A stretch of DNA of 64,000 bases from Gammaproteobacteria bacterium. GTDB lineage: Bacteria; Pseudomonadota; Gammaproteobacteria; G965277405. The notes beneath the pieces were generated by a model. It did no database searches. It was not told the DNA's origin and saw only the letters and a list, made by a program, of their open reading frames with translations. Made by a program: the position numbers and the translations under genes. The DNA is taken from positions 96,001-160,000 of the forward strand of contig OZ255726.1 in the NCBI GenBank assembly GCA_965277405.1, written 5' to 3'. This document shows, piece after piece, positions 21,901 through 32,107 of this stretch (its first letter is position 1; the number at the start of each line of letters is the position of its first letter).

Positions 21901-22423
21901 CGTTGTTATCGTAGACTGCGTCGTAGCCTTGTTCATCACGCTGGTAGCCTGATACCCCTGAGTCTTCAATGGTGAGGGTGGGGATGGCAAGCGTATTCGG
22001 CGTATTCGTTGTTGCCGAGTCAATAGCGGCAGCAATAATAACATAACGTGAGTTTGCGAGTTGCTGCGCTGCCAGCCCGCTACCGCGCAAAATATACGTT
22101 AAGGCGGCGGTTAGCGCATACTCACCTTGGAGACCCTGGCTGTGCTTGCCGTCCGTGAGCGAGTGGTCAATATCAACGCCAATATCTGCCGCGCTAGCGA
22201 ATGCCGCCAGCACTGTGGCGAGCGGACCTGGCTTGATGGCATACTGCGCTGTAGTATCCGCTGCACGCGCTACGCTAGCAGCCAGCAATACCATGGTGCT
22301 CAATACCACTGCCCGCAATACCACTGCTCGGACTAGCATGGAGCTAGGGTGAATTAGCTGCATTAGCTGCATTGCTACGCAAACTCTGGAGTTATTAACG
22401 GAAGGTGGGTGGGTTGCTCGCAT
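18962..22423 (-). CDS. TonB-dependent receptor with N-terminal STN signalling domain (heme/hemophore receptor type)
   Basis: STN (YAIKPGPLATVL...SQGLQG), plug (SGDARNSGSIDVNIRGVQGPGRV) and terminal NLTDQYYIDPLTRSQMPAPGRT. The exact start is uncertain. Confidence 0.9.
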   Translation of the reverse strand: MRATHPPSVNNSRVCVAMQLMQLIHPSSMLVRAVVLRAVVLSTMVLLAASVARAADTTAQYAIKPGPLATVLAAFASAADIGVDIDHSLTDGKHSQGLQGEYALTAALTYILRGSGLAAQQLANSRYVIIAAAIDSATTNTPNTLAIPTLTIEDSGVSGYQRDEQGYDAVYDNNASTVYMGRAAVRRNAGTNPADLLQGIAGVFSGDARNSGSIDVNIRGVQGPGRVPVIIDGTEQAITVYRGYNGVSNRNYIDPNLISSVRIHKGASNARDVNSGIGGALELTTLIPADIIAEGADSGLELTITSGGNSVSPQLPRLHTGESAAAAGFSNTRSIGFYNVDKTLRIQLNSKSASDETPLGGDDFAYRLAVANTSARFDFLAAYAYRRRGNYYAGSNNAGYYDEPGYFATDVDGHFRSKVTGKRIFDDTRALTTFWPQGDEVINTSSEMASLLLKSSWRVDNAQKLGFNYRHTNLLNGEIMPSRLITGSDLKYGHPQWPLSAVTAQAYNLDYRNTPNDNRWLDLHANLWRTHNRGHTYTSAGEPNQIDKESGLVVNVGFVDSINTRNGITLSNTMDLSSTLALTIGGNFQHQKLASLDGKYNNTRTERGGRRQQWGGNLSLAWQANEALKFSTGMTYSAYWSFDDRLKYVIDAGGTVPQLERILNENITYEYTTGVLYTAEQNKKLMQDHVKNAQVIAENYIETRYNGYVDTLNEYLGFDNDVQNNIIYLMTGLDYTFSEIQGGLSVKNINERRAAKLAEMRQDIENRYSNDKGPFLRQIEVLKNEPDGKEASDIIKLEYGTGLTNHLDNRPIPLLTDAAGKYSFASHPCYNGEVEQEIADKTGNDKTAKITKCFIDYATRIAEISEAQAEKLQDHGWVPHFVASYQFTPYSRGYVKYSEFLRYPSMFESTWGFSAALGPDGLNPEHAYNREISYVHDLTQWFTTAEYADVKLAYYDNLIKGVIDTASSRYFTNDDEKKLRGVELTIRYDGGRLFSNIAVDYVVQNDICDASYAARHSKLEYRVPTCFAFGFIGGSEQGRATPKLSANWALGARLLDRRLEIGSRVKYYSRDANADLDQYYQQVGRFSHNPLRVSFGWGDTLLVDGYAKYNVNERLQVEFAANNLTDQYYIDPLTRSQMPAPGRTLKLNLTARL

Positions 22424-22485
22424 TGCTTTCCTCTCTAATTGCCAAAATCATAATTTACAGTCGATTAAACATTAAAGCAACAACT

Positions 22486-22506
22486 AAATGCTAATAATTC
22501 CCATTA
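22486..22506. promoter_or_regulatory. Putative Fur box
   Basis: AAATGCTAATAATTCCCATTA resembles the 7-1-7 Fur consensus and lies upstream of the TonB receptor. Confidence 0.6.
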
Positions 22507-22584
22507 GTAATTACCCGCCGCTATTGGGGCGGTATTGCGGGCTGCAGCTGGTAGCGATGCACAGCATACTGCTGCTTGGCTAAA

Positions 22585-22659
22585 GGAAACTCTGCTTAAG
22601 CCCATGCTGGGCGAGACGGAGAAAAATCGCTGCTGAAACTTAAGGAATCTCTGATTAAG
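22585..22659 (-). repeat. MITE end fragments (two TIRs)
   Basis: GGAAACTCTGCTTAAGCCCATGCTGGGCGAGACGGAGAAAAA followed by GGAATCTCTGATTAAG. Confidence 0.75.
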
Positions 22660-22682
22660 GTTTGAGTAGCTGTATAAATATT

Positions 22683-24050
22683 TTATGCTAGATGTGCCTG
22701 TGTTAATGCCGCTGCTAAGCCAATATATCCAGCAGGAGTAAGTTGCAACAGGCGTTGCTTGGCGCTATCTGGAATAGCTAGTGTTGCGATAAAGCTGTGT
22801 AGTTCTGCGGTGCTGATTGCATTGCCTCTGGTCATGGCTTTTAATTGCTCGTATGGATTTTCACAACCATGCAGCCGCATAACCGTTTGTATTGGCTCTG
22901 CCAGGACATTGGCGTGCTTGGCTAAATCTGCGCTAATACACGCAGTGTTGGCGCTGATCTTGCTCAGTCCTGTGGCAAAACTTGCCAATGCCAGCTCAAC
23001 ATAGCCGATGGCACTGCCAATATTACGCAGCACCGTAGAATCGCTTAAATCACGCTGCCAACGAGAAATTGGCAGTTTTGCTGCCATGTGGCTAAGCAGG
23101 GCATTGGCAATGCCAAAATTGCCTTCGGCATTTTCAAAGTCAATCGGGTTGACTTTATGCGGCATCGTCGACGAGCCAACCTCACCAGTTGTAGTCGCTT
23201 GTTGTATATAATTTAGCGAGATATACCCCCAAATATCGCGACAGCAATCAATGCCAATAGCATTCAAACGTTGCATGCAGTGAAACAGTTCTGCTAGGTA
23301 GTCATGGGGTTCAATTTGGGTGGTCATCGGGTTATACTGCAGACCTAAACCTGCAACAAATGTTTTGCTAATGTTACTCCAATCAAACTGCGGACATGCG
23401 ACAACGTGGGCATTAAAGTTGCCGGTTGCTCCATTGCATTTACCGAGCACTGCAACCGCTGCCAACGTGTTGAGTTGGCGTTGGATGCGCCACACCACAT
23501 TGGCAATTTCTTTGCCCAACGTGGTGGGACTTGCTGGCTGCCCATGCGTGCGGGCGAGCATCGCCACGTCTGCATTTGCTGTTGCAAAGTCGCTCAACGT
23601 AGCAACAATTCCTTGCCAACTTGGCTGCACTATCGTGGCCCGCATCTCTTGTACCATCAACGCGTACGCAAGGTTATTTACGTCTTCGCTGGTGAGGGCA
23701 AAATGGACGATTTCAAGCAACGGGGTAAGTTGTGGATGCGCTTGCATTTGCTGTTTGAGATAATATTCAACTGCTTTAACATCATGATTTGTCGTCTGCT
23801 CAATCGTTTGTATTTCGCGGGCGTGGGCTGCGTCAAAATCGGCGATAATTTGCATCAACAGCCCGCGTTGAATAGCATTTAGTGATGGGAACGGTGCGCC
23901 GAGGCCTGCTAATGTGCACAGCCAGTGTATTTCTACGGTGAGGCGATAGCGATGGAGTGCTTGTTCACAACCCAAAGCGCGCGTTGCCATTACTTTGCCT
24001 GCGTAACGACCATCAAGCGGCGAAAGTGCTCCAATTGGTTCACAAGTCAT
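22683..24050 (-). CDS. purB: Adenylosuccinate lyase
   Basis: ALSPLDGRY, TNHDVKAVEY, ARTHGQPA and GSSTMPHKVNPIDFEN. Confidence 0.97.
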   Translation of the reverse strand: MTCEPIGALSPLDGRYAGKVMATRALGCEQALHRYRLTVEIHWLCTLAGLGAPFPSLNAIQRGLLMQIIADFDAAHAREIQTIEQTTNHDVKAVEYYLKQQMQAHPQLTPLLEIVHFALTSEDVNNLAYALMVQEMRATIVQPSWQGIVATLSDFATANADVAMLARTHGQPASPTTLGKEIANVVWRIQRQLNTLAAVAVLGKCNGATGNFNAHVVACPQFDWSNISKTFVAGLGLQYNPMTTQIEPHDYLAELFHCMQRLNAIGIDCCRDIWGYISLNYIQQATTTGEVGSSTMPHKVNPIDFENAEGNFGIANALLSHMAAKLPISRWQRDLSDSTVLRNIGSAIGYVELALASFATGLSKISANTACISADLAKHANVLAEPIQTVMRLHGCENPYEQLKAMTRGNAISTAELHSFIATLAIPDSAKQRLLQLTPAGYIGLAAALTQAHLA

Positions 24051-25270
24051 GATGCAAAACTGCGGACTGCAATCGTGCCGTTGACACCTTGCAATTGTGC
24101 AATAACCCGCTCATCAACAGCAGCATCTACATCAAATAATAAATATCCAAGATCGCCTTTGGTTTCAAGATATTGCTTATTAATGTTGAGCTGATGGTCG
24201 CCAATCACTTGGTTAACACTTTGTAAAACCCCTGGTTCATTGCAGTGTATATGCGCAATGCGTTGCTTGACGGGCGGGTCAGTAAGCGTAATTGATGGAA
24301 AATTAACACTGCCCTGGGTTTCACCAAAGCGGCACCATGATAGAATTTTGTTCGCGACCTCGATGCCAATCAGTTCTTGCGCTTCTTCAGTCGAACCGCC
24401 AATATGTGGGGTCAGCAGTACATTTTCCATTCCTTGCAATGGAGAATAAAATGGCTGCGAATTATTTTGTGGCTCTTCGGGAAACACGTCGATTGCCGCC
24501 GCCAAAACGCGCCCAGCTGCTAACGCTTGCACCAGTGCAGGAATGTCAATAACCCTACCGCGTGAAGCATTAATAATGATGGTGCCTTTCTTACAAGCTG
24601 GCAGCGTTTGCGCTGAAATCATCGAGCGTGTCAGCGGTGTGTCTGGAACATGCAAGGTAATAACATCTGCCTGCTCAAACGCCACGCGCATGCTCTTCAC
24701 CGCGCGGGCATTGCCTAGCGGTAATTTGCGTTCGATGTCATAAAACACAACGCGCATCCCAAACGCTTCTGCAAGAATAGACACTTGGCTGCCGATATGG
24801 CCGTAGCCAATAATGCACAGCGTTTTGCCGCGCAATTCGTGTGAGCCAAGCGCAGACTTCTGCCACTGCCCGCGGTGCGCAGCATTATTTTTGGCAACAA
24901 TGCCGCGCATTAACATTACTATTTCACCAAGCACCAATTCTGCCACTGAGCGCGTATTAGCATGTGGGGCATTAAAAATTACAACCCCATGTTTGTTCGC
25001 CTGCTGTATATCTACTTGGTTGGTACCAATGCAAAAACAAGCAACGAGCAACAACTGCGGCGCTGCTGCTAATAACTCCGCATCAACTATTGTTCGTGAA
25101 CGAACACCTAAGATATGTGCATTGCCAACATGCGCTGCAAGCTCGGTTCTAGCTGGGGTACCAGGCAGGCGAATAATTTCGGTGCAGCCGCTTTCTGCCA
25201 GCAGATCTACAGCAGACTGATGAATATTTTCACACAGTACAATTTTCAAATTTCTTGCATTGATGTTCAA
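24047..25270 (-). CDS. serA: D-3-phosphoglycerate dehydrogenase
   Basis: CFCIGTNQVD, GYGHIG, INASRG, TPHIGGSTEEAQ and ACT domain. Probable TTG start at 25270 overlaps the upstream stop. Confidence 0.94.
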   Translation of the reverse strand: MNINARNLKIVLCENIHQSAVDLLAESGCTEIIRLPGTPARTELAAHVGNAHILGVRSRTIVDAELLAAAPQLLLVACFCIGTNQVDIQQANKHGVVIFNAPHANTRSVAELVLGEIVMLMRGIVAKNNAAHRGQWQKSALGSHELRGKTLCIIGYGHIGSQVSILAEAFGMRVVFYDIERKLPLGNARAVKSMRVAFEQADVITLHVPDTPLTRSMISAQTLPACKKGTIIINASRGRVIDIPALVQALAAGRVLAAAIDVFPEEPQNNSQPFYSPLQGMENVLLTPHIGGSTEEAQELIGIEVANKILSWCRFGETQGSVNFPSITLTDPPVKQRIAHIHCNEPGVLQSVNQVIGDHQLNINKQYLETKGDLGYLLFDVDAAVDERVIAQLQGVNGTIAVRSFAS

Positions 25271-25935
25271 GAGAGCGTACCCAAAAGTGTGCTTGTTACT
25301 GCAGTCCACGACGCGCATATATCCATCTGCGCACCCGCTTGTGCAACGACCGAATGGATAAAAGGTCGGTGCTGATATTGGGTAAATGCGCACCAACGCT
25401 GTGCTAACCCATCGTTTACCACCTGCCAGTCACTTACGCCATCTCCAACAACCGTGATCGGCTGCGTCAAATAATGTTGAATTTGTCGCACCGCAGCAGA
25501 TTTATTTTGGCTTGCTGCATCGTCAGGGTTGATAGCAGCAAACCAGCCATAGTCATCCCAGCGCAAGCGCACCGCAACGACGCGGTGAATCGGAATTCCT
25601 AGCTTGTGTGCGCTCGGTTCAATCGTTTCAAACAACCCACCGCTAACAATCCAACATGCAAAATGTTGCTGCAAAATGTTGATTGCATCCAACGTTGTTG
25701 CACTGATTTCGGCAGCAAGTTGATTGCCAACCCTGCGCACATGATCCTTATGCAAGGAAACTGCATGCAAGCGTTGTTGTAGCGATTCACTAAACGACAG
25801 CTCACCATTCATCCCTGCATTGCAGATTGCGTTTAAGGTGTCTAGTTGTTGTGGCGAACACCTGGCTGCAAGAATACGTTCAAGACTCTCTGATGCAATC
25901 AGCGTGCTGTCAAAATCAAGGAGGAGTGACGCCAT
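25267..25935 (-). CDS. HAD-family phosphoserine phosphatase-like protein
   Basis: DFDSTL, GMNGELSFSESL, VSGG and VGDGVSD; adjacent to serA. Confidence 0.8.
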   Translation of the reverse strand: MASLLLDFDSTLIASESLERILAARCSPQQLDTLNAICNAGMNGELSFSESLQQRLHAVSLHKDHVRRVGNQLAAEISATTLDAINILQQHFACWIVSGGLFETIEPSAHKLGIPIHRVVAVRLRWDDYGWFAAINPDDAASQNKSAAVRQIQHYLTQPITVVGDGVSDWQVVNDGLAQRWCAFTQYQHRPFIHSVVAQAGAQMDICASWTAVTSTLLGTLS

Positions 25936-25951
25936 ATTCTTGACACGCTGT

Positions 25952-28042
25952 TTACTTAGCTAATGAGTCAACAATGTGTTTAGGTGCAATCGCGTATTTC
26001 AAAAACTCCATCGAATAGATTGCTCTGCCTTGTGACATTGAACGTAGCTCTGTTGCATAGCCAAACATTTCTCCCAACGGAACTTCTGCACGAACGATAC
26101 GCCCAGCTGGTGATTCATCCATCCCTTGCAAAATACCGCGGCGGCGGTTCAAATCTCCCATAACATCACCCATGTAGTCTTCAGGACTGACAACTTCAAC
26201 TTGCATCATTGGCTCGAGTAAGGCGGGATCAGCCTTGAGCGCGCCAGATTTAAGCGCCATCGACCCTGCCACTTTAAATGCCATTTCGTTGGAGTCGACA
26301 TCATGAAACGAACCATCGTATAATGTGCATTTCACCCCAATCAACGGATACCCTGCCAGCACACCATTTTTCATTTGGTCTTTGACTCCTTTCTCAACCG
26401 CAGGGATGTATTCACGCGGAATAGTACCACCGACAATGGCGTTGACAAATTCAAACTCTTCTTCACTATCTGCTGGCAATGGTTCTAACTTTAACCAAAC
26501 ATGGCCGTATTGCCCGCGACCACCAGATTGCTTGATGTACTTCCCTTCAATCTCAACAGTGCGACGAATCGCTTCTCGGTAGGCAACCTGTGGTTGACCA
26601 ACATTAGCTGCTACGGCGAATTCACGCCGCATCCGGTCAACAATAATATCCAAATGCAATTCACCCATACCAGAAATAATCGTCTGACCGCTTTCTTCGT
26701 CAGTGCGCACTCTAAACGATGGGTCCTCTTGGGCTAACTTGCCAAGCGCAACCCCCATTTTTGCTTGGTCTGCTTTTGATTTTGGTTCTACTGCAACGGC
26801 AATAACGGGTTCAGGAAACTCCATGCGCTCGAGCGTAATTACAGCGTTGATAGCGCATAGGGTATCGCCTGTGGCTACGTCTTTCAGTCCAATTGCCGCT
26901 GCTATATCGCCAGCGCGCACTTCTTTAATATCCTCACGGGAGTTGGCGTGCATTTGCACCATTCTGCCTACTCGCTCTTTGCGAGCCTTGATAGGATTGT
27001 ACAGCGCAGTGCCGCTGGCAAGCACTCCTGAGTAAACGCGGAAGAACGCCAACGTACCAACAAATGGATCGGTGGCAATTTTAAAGGCAAGCGCTGCAAA
27101 TGGCTCGTCATCATCAGCCAGGCGTTGCGCAGATTCGCCATTTGCTAATTCGCCTTTAATGGCTGCCACTTCATTTGGTGCAGGTAAATAATCAATCACT
27201 GCATCTAACATTGCTTGCACGCCTTTGTTTTTAAACGCTGATCCACATAAAGCTGGGACAATCTCATTCGCTATTGTGCGCGCACGCAGTCCGGCACGAA
27301 TATCTGCATCGCATAAATCTTCGTTCTGAATGTATTTGTTCATCAGATCTTCATTGGCTTCAGCCGCAGCTTCTACCATTTTTGCACGATATGTCTGACA
27401 CTGCCCTAGCATATCGGCTGGGATTTCGCCATACTCAAATGTCATGCCTTGGTCATCTTCATTCCATAATATTGATTTCATCAACACCAAGTCAACAACA
27501 CCTTTAAACGTTTCCTCAGCCCCGATGCTGATTTGAATAGGAATAGGTGTTGCACCCAGACGTTGTTCAATTTGCTCAACAACACGGATAAAGTCGGCGC
27601 CAGCGCGATCCATCTTGTTGACAAAAACAATGCGCGGAACCCCATATTTATTTGCTTGACGCCATACGGTTTCAGATTGAGGTTCAACTCCTGATGTTGC
27701 ACAAAACACCACCACTGATCCATCGAGCACACGCAACGAACGCTCAACTTCAATGGTGAAATCAACGTGGCCTGGAGTGTCGATAATATTGACACGGTGC
27801 TTTGGATACTGCTGGTTCATGCCTGACCAAAAGCAGGTTGTTGCAGCAGATGTAATAGTAATGCCGCGTTCTTGCTCCTGCGCCATCCAATCCATGGTTG
27901 CTGCGCCATCATGCACTTCACCAATTTTATGGGATAGGCCAGTATAGTATAAAACCCGTTCGGTTGTGGTGGTTTTTCCTGCGTCAACGTGCGCTGTAAT
28001 ACCGATATTTCGGTACAGGTTTAATGGAGTTGTACGTGCCAT
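25952..28042 (-). CDS. fusA: Elongation factor G
   Basis: [19 protein letters not shown] and NKMD; 696 aa. Confidence 0.99.
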   Translation of the reverse strand: MARTTPLNLYRNIGITAHVDAGKTTTTERVLYYTGLSHKIGEVHDGAATMDWMAQEQERGITITSAATTCFWSGMNQQYPKHRVNIIDTPGHVDFTIEVERSLRVLDGSVVVFCATSGVEPQSETVWRQANKYGVPRIVFVNKMDRAGADFIRVVEQIEQRLGATPIPIQISIGAEETFKGVVDLVLMKSILWNEDDQGMTFEYGEIPADMLGQCQTYRAKMVEAAAEANEDLMNKYIQNEDLCDADIRAGLRARTIANEIVPALCGSAFKNKGVQAMLDAVIDYLPAPNEVAAIKGELANGESAQRLADDDEPFAALAFKIATDPFVGTLAFFRVYSGVLASGTALYNPIKARKERVGRMVQMHANSREDIKEVRAGDIAAAIGLKDVATGDTLCAINAVITLERMEFPEPVIAVAVEPKSKADQAKMGVALGKLAQEDPSFRVRTDEESGQTIISGMGELHLDIIVDRMRREFAVAANVGQPQVAYREAIRRTVEIEGKYIKQSGGRGQYGHVWLKLEPLPADSEEEFEFVNAIVGGTIPREYIPAVEKGVKDQMKNGVLAGYPLIGVKCTLYDGSFHDVDSNEMAFKVAGSMALKSGALKADPALLEPMMQVEVVSPEDYMGDVMGDLNRRRGILQGMDESPAGRIVRAEVPLGEMFGYATELRSMSQGRAIYSMEFLKYAIAPKHIVDSLAK

Positions 28043-28111
28043 GTCGCTTGATAAAGAATAAAATTAAAAGAAGTATGGGGGCTATATTTTAAATGAAGTA
28101 ATGTCGCCGCT

Positions 28112-28585
28112 TTAGAATCGATAATGTGAAAATGCACGGTTTGCTTCAGCCATACGATATACTTCACCGCGCTTCCGTACTGCACCACCACGATCTTCGA
28201 GTACGTCTAACAACTCACGGCCTAAGCGTTCATGCATTGTTTTTTCGTTGCGGCTGCGCGCCGCAGTTATTAACCATCGCATCGCCAGTGTTTCTTGGCG
28301 GACTGGTCGCACTTCAACTGGGACAGGATACGTTGCACCACCAACGCGGCGAGACTTCACCTCGACAGTTGGTCTTAATTTTTCAATAGCCTGACCAAAA
28401 GATGCTAATGGCTCAGTTGTTTTGCTCACATCGCTAATTAAATCAAGCGCTTTGTACACTATTTTTTCCGCGATTGATTTTTTCCCATCGACCATTATTT
28501 GGTTGATGAACTTAGCTAATTGCTGATCTTTAAATTTTGGATCAGGTAGAATTTGACGCTTTGGTGCACGATTTCGTCGTGACAT
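28112..28585 (-). CDS. rpsG: 30S ribosomal protein S7
   Basis: [19 protein letters not shown] and [13 protein letters not shown]. Confidence 0.99.
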   Translation of the reverse strand: MSRRNRAPKRQILPDPKFKDQQLAKFINQIMVDGKKSIAEKIVYKALDLISDVSKTTEPLASFGQAIEKLRPTVEVKSRRVGGATYPVPVEVRPVRQETLAMRWLITAARSRNEKTMHERLGRELLDVLEDRGGAVRKRGEVYRMAEANRAFSHYRF

Positions 28586-28661
28586 AATAGCTCCTTCAGG
28601 TTATTTCAAGATTTGCTTGACCTTACTCGCGAGAATTCGCGGGGCTTGGTAAAGTTGTGAT

Positions 28662-29033
28662 TTATTTAGGTCGTTTCGTCCCGTACTTAGAACGACCTTG
28701 CTGGCGACCCTTCACCCCAGCGGTGTCACGTGAGCCGCGAACATTGTGATAGCGAACGCCAGGTAAATCTTTCACCCGCCCTCCCCGAATAAGCACCACA
28801 GAATGCTCCTGCAAGTTGTGACCCTCGCCGCCAATGTATGAAGTAACCTCATACCCTGTCGTTAAACGGACACGGCAGACTTTGCGCAGTGCTGAATTAG
28901 GCTTTTTGGGTGTAGTCGTATACACGCGTGTACATACACCGCGCCGTTGCGGGCAGTTTTGTAACGCAGGCACATCAGTTTTTTTTCGTTTTATCTTACG
29001 AGGATTGCGTACGAGTTGGTTTACAGTTGCCAT
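28662..29033 (-). CDS. rpsL: 30S ribosomal protein S12
   Basis: [11 protein letters not shown] and GGRVKDLPG. Confidence 0.99.
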   Translation of the reverse strand: MATVNQLVRNPRKIKRKKTDVPALQNCPQRRGVCTRVYTTTPKKPNSALRKVCRVRLTTGYEVTSYIGGEGHNLQEHSVVLIRGGRVKDLPGVRYHNVRGSRDTAGVKGRQQGRSKYGTKRPK

Positions 29034-29116
29034 AAATTAAATATATAAATCGAAAGGAATCAAGCGGTGCGGCATATTACGCACCCACCCAGATGATGTC
29101 AACACTCTTTACCGCA

Positions 29117-29158
29117 GGAAGTTCTAATCAAGCTAAGAAACCTAAGGAACCTCTGATA
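29117..29158. repeat. Degenerate MITE TIR remnants
   Basis: GGAAGTTCTAATCAAG and CTAAGGAACCTCTGAT. Confidence 0.45.
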
Positions 29159-29174
29159 TTGATAAAAATTATTA

Positions 29175-29966
29175 TCAATTTACCAATGCTCTACGCCGCC
29201 GTATTTCATATATAATGGCTAAAACAACCGTAATCAATATCAACACCAGCCCAAGCGCATTTACAGCAGGGGTTAGCCCCGTGCGCACCTTAGAGGCAAT
29301 ATACACAGTCAATGTTGTGTCGTAGCCTTTGACAAATAAGGTGGTGTTGTAGTTTTCAAAAGACTGGAGGAATGCTATTACCGCTGCTGAGAGTATTGCA
29401 GGTTTTAGATAGGGTAACAGAATGCGCCGAAATACTTGCCACTGGGTTGCTCCTAAACTTAACGCCGCATTTTCTAAGGTACGGTCAAAGCGTTGTAGCC
29501 GTGCTAACACCATCATCATCACATATGCAGCTATAAAAGTTGTTTGCGCAATAACGGTTAAAAATACGCCACCACTGACTGAAATTCGTTGCCAAAAAAC
29601 CAGCGTAGATATACCGATAATCACACCAGGTGTCAGCAGTGGCGACATCATCAATGCATATAAAAAGGTTTTTCCCTTGCCGTGGAATGTGGAAATTAAC
29701 AAGGCGCAGCATACTCCAATCGGCACAGCAACTATCAAAACACCTGCGGCAACAAGCAAACTGGTCCAGAGCGCTCGCCACATGGCTCCATCTTGCGCTA
29801 ACGCATCAAACCACTTTAAAGTAGCACCTTTCCATGGAGAGATTGTTGGAAAACGGCTGTCGTTAAATGTCGCGATGCCCATAATGAGTAATGGGGTAAA
29901 TAAATACAAAAAGAAAAAACCAATATACAGGCGGACAGCGCAGCGCCAAACGGCTGTCGCTTTCAT
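29175..29966 (-). CDS. Polyamine-type ABC permease (PotC-like)
   Basis: Hydrophobic, ENAALSLGA loop, FLQSFENYN. Confidence 0.85.
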   Translation of the reverse strand: MKATAVWRCAVRLYIGFFFLYLFTPLLIMGIATFNDSRFPTISPWKGATLKWFDALAQDGAMWRALWTSLLVAAGVLIVAVPIGVCCALLISTFHGKGKTFLYALMMSPLLTPGVIIGISTLVFWQRISVSGGVFLTVIAQTTFIAAYVMMMVLARLQRFDRTLENAALSLGATQWQVFRRILLPYLKPAILSAAVIAFLQSFENYNTTLFVKGYDTTLTVYIASKVRTGLTPAVNALGLVLILITVVLAIIYEIRRRRALVN

Positions 29967-30856
29967 TTTGCAATATCCCCCAAGCCAACTTTAAATACCC
30001 GCATAATCAACGCAATACAACCCATGCACAACACTAACAATAAGAACGCATACGCAGCGCCTTGGTTCCAGTTGCCGCCTTCAAAAAACCAATTATAAAT
30101 AATTTGGGTAAACCAGCGGCTCCTTGGTGAGCCAAGTAACGCCGGCACTGCATAGCTGCCAGCTGCCAACATAAATGTCATAATGCACCCACTAGCAATC
30201 CCAGGCTTAGCATGTGGAATAATCACTCGATAATGGGTGCGAATCCAACCCGCGCCAAGATTGCGCGCAGCCTTGACTTGATTGCTATCGAGATTTTCAA
30301 TCGCGTTATAGATTGGGAATACCATAAATAAAATATAGGCGTAGACCATGCCAATTATCACCCCTGTATCGCCAGATAAAAAACGCACAGGTTTATCAAT
30401 CACCCCAAGCCCAAGCAACATGGCGTTTAATGGACCTTTATACGATAAAATAATATACCACGAGAACGTACGCAGGATTTCATTCAGCCAAAACGGGATA
30501 ATCAGTAATAGTAGGCACAAAGCTGTTTGTTTTGGTGTGGCGACTTTTGCCAAATAAAACGCAAGCGGATAACTAACAATCAGGGTGCAAACAGTTACCA
30601 GCACACTCGACCAAATAGTTTTAAAAAAAATAGATAAATGGATGTCGTTATTAAACAATGTTTGATAATTCACCACAGAGTACACATCTTTAGCTCCGCC
30701 GATATCCACTGGCAATAAATTTGGTCGCAACGAATAATCAATCATCAGCAATTGCGGTAATATCACCATGCCGAGCAACCAAATTGCAATTAGTCCAATA
30801 ATGACAACCGCAAGCCCACTGCCGAAGCGTGTTTTAAGTTGGCTAAACATTCTCAA
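29963..30856 (-). CDS. Polyamine-type ABC permease (PotB-like)
   Basis: IIPFWLNEILRTF and KAARNLGA loop. Confidence 0.85.
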   Translation of the reverse strand: MRMFSQLKTRFGSGLAVVIIGLIAIWLLGMVILPQLLMIDYSLRPNLLPVDIGGAKDVYSVVNYQTLFNNDIHLSIFFKTIWSSVLVTVCTLIVSYPLAFYLAKVATPKQTALCLLLLIIPFWLNEILRTFSWYIILSYKGPLNAMLLGLGVIDKPVRFLSGDTGVIIGMVYAYILFMVFPIYNAIENLDSNQVKAARNLGAGWIRTHYRVIIPHAKPGIASGCIMTFMLAAGSYAVPALLGSPRSRWFTQIIYNWFFEGGNWNQGAAYAFLLLVLCMGCIALIMRVFKVGLGDIAK

Positions 30857-31923
30857 CTGCTGCCAATGATGACGGCATCTTGCCGGTTATAGCACAAGCG
30901 CACTGGAGCGCCAGCTGTGAGCTTTTCAGAATATTGATGGGCACGAAGTTGCATTGATAACGTTTGCTGTGTTGCTGTTTGTGCATTCAATGTCAAATAC
31001 GCGCCTTCAAAACTCACCTCACTAATGACTGCTTTAAGTACATGGGTAGCAGGTTCCTCCAAACGAAAATGTTCAGGGCGAATAAACAGCGTTGCTGGCC
31101 TACCAACTTGTAAATCCTGTTGCTGGCGACCTGATAAGATACCTAAATCGGCGCAATCTATGCTGGCATACTCGGAGTTGACATGGATTACGCTGCCGTG
31201 GATTGTGTTAGTCTCGCCAACAAATGAAGCGACAAATGTTGTTTGTGGGTCACGATATAAGGTGATTGGGTCGGCTACTTGCTCAATTTTTCCGACTGAC
31301 ATGACCGCAACTCGGTCAGACATGGTTAATGCTTCACCTTGATCATGCGTTATATAAATAAAAGTAATACCAGTTTTACGCTGGATCTGTTTCAGCTCCA
31401 TGCGCATATGCTGGCGCAACTTTAAATCTAATGATGACAGTGGTTCATCAAGCAACAATACCCTGGGTTCGACTGCCAAAGCGCGGGCAATAGCAATGCG
31501 CTGTTTTTGTCCACCTGATAACTCTGATATTTTCTTGGTACCACTGCCTGGCAATGCAACAAGCTCAAGTAAACGTGCTGATGCTTGGCTACGTTTAGCT
31601 TTGGCAATGCCCCGCACCTCCAAACCAAACTCTATATTTTCGGCAACCGTCATCAATGGGAAAAGCGCAAGATTTTGGAAGATCATTGCAGTTGGTCGCT
31701 TATTGGAAGGAACACCAGCCATGCTTTGATTGCCGATTTTTATATCACCTTGGCTTGGTTCGATAAAACCACTAATCATGTTAAGGATTGTCGTTTTACC
31801 ACAGCCAGAAGGACCAAGAAAAGTAAAAAACTCTCCAGAATGTATTTGCAAATCTAATTGTTGAATAGCGGTAAAATCACCAAATTGCATGGCGATGTCG
31901 TGTAATTGCACGCTGCTATCCAT
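30853..31923 (-). CDS. Polyamine-type ABC ATPase (PotA-like)
   Basis: GPSGCGKTT, LSGGQKQR and LLLDEP. The likely start is ATG 31923; the upstream MDLIRAS is MITE sequence. Confidence 0.9.
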   Translation of the reverse strand: MDSSVQLHDIAMQFGDFTAIQQLDLQIHSGEFFTFLGPSGCGKTTILNMISGFIEPSQGDIKIGNQSMAGVPSNKRPTAMIFQNLALFPLMTVAENIEFGLEVRGIAKAKRSQASARLLELVALPGSGTKKISELSGGQKQRIAIARALAVEPRVLLLDEPLSSLDLKLRQHMRMELKQIQRKTGITFIYITHDQGEALTMSDRVAVMSVGKIEQVADPITLYRDPQTTFVASFVGETNTIHGSVIHVNSEYASIDCADLGILSGRQQQDLQVGRPATLFIRPEHFRLEEPATHVLKAVISEVSFEGAYLTLNAQTATQQTLSMQLRAHQYSEKLTAGAPVRLCYNRQDAVIIGSS

Positions 31924-31938
31924 GCGCGGAGCACTCGA

Positions 31939-32031
31939 GGAAGCTCTGATTAAATCCATAGCGGTTGGCATTTTGCAATAATTAGAAATTGCAAAACAAC
32001 TCGTTTTATCAGTGACTTAATCGAAGTTTCC
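31939..32031 (-). mobile_element. Internally deleted MITE (both TIRs, ~93 bp)
   Basis: GGAAGCTCTGATTAAATCCAT...TTGCAATAATTAGAAATTGC...GACTTAATCGAAGTTTCC. Confidence 0.7.
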
Positions 32032-32060
32032 ATACAATATAATCGGTAGAGAAATGTCAT

Positions 32061-32096
32061 AAAAAAGCCCCTCAAAGAAAGTAGCAATGAGAGGCT
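32061..32096 (-). terminator. Rho-independent terminator after binding-protein copy 1 (repeated at 33776-33811 and 35447-35482)
   Basis: Minus strand reads AGCCTCTCA...TGAGGGGCT followed by TTTTTT. Confidence 0.7.
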
Positions 32097-32107
32097 GTAA
32101 CTAGTAT

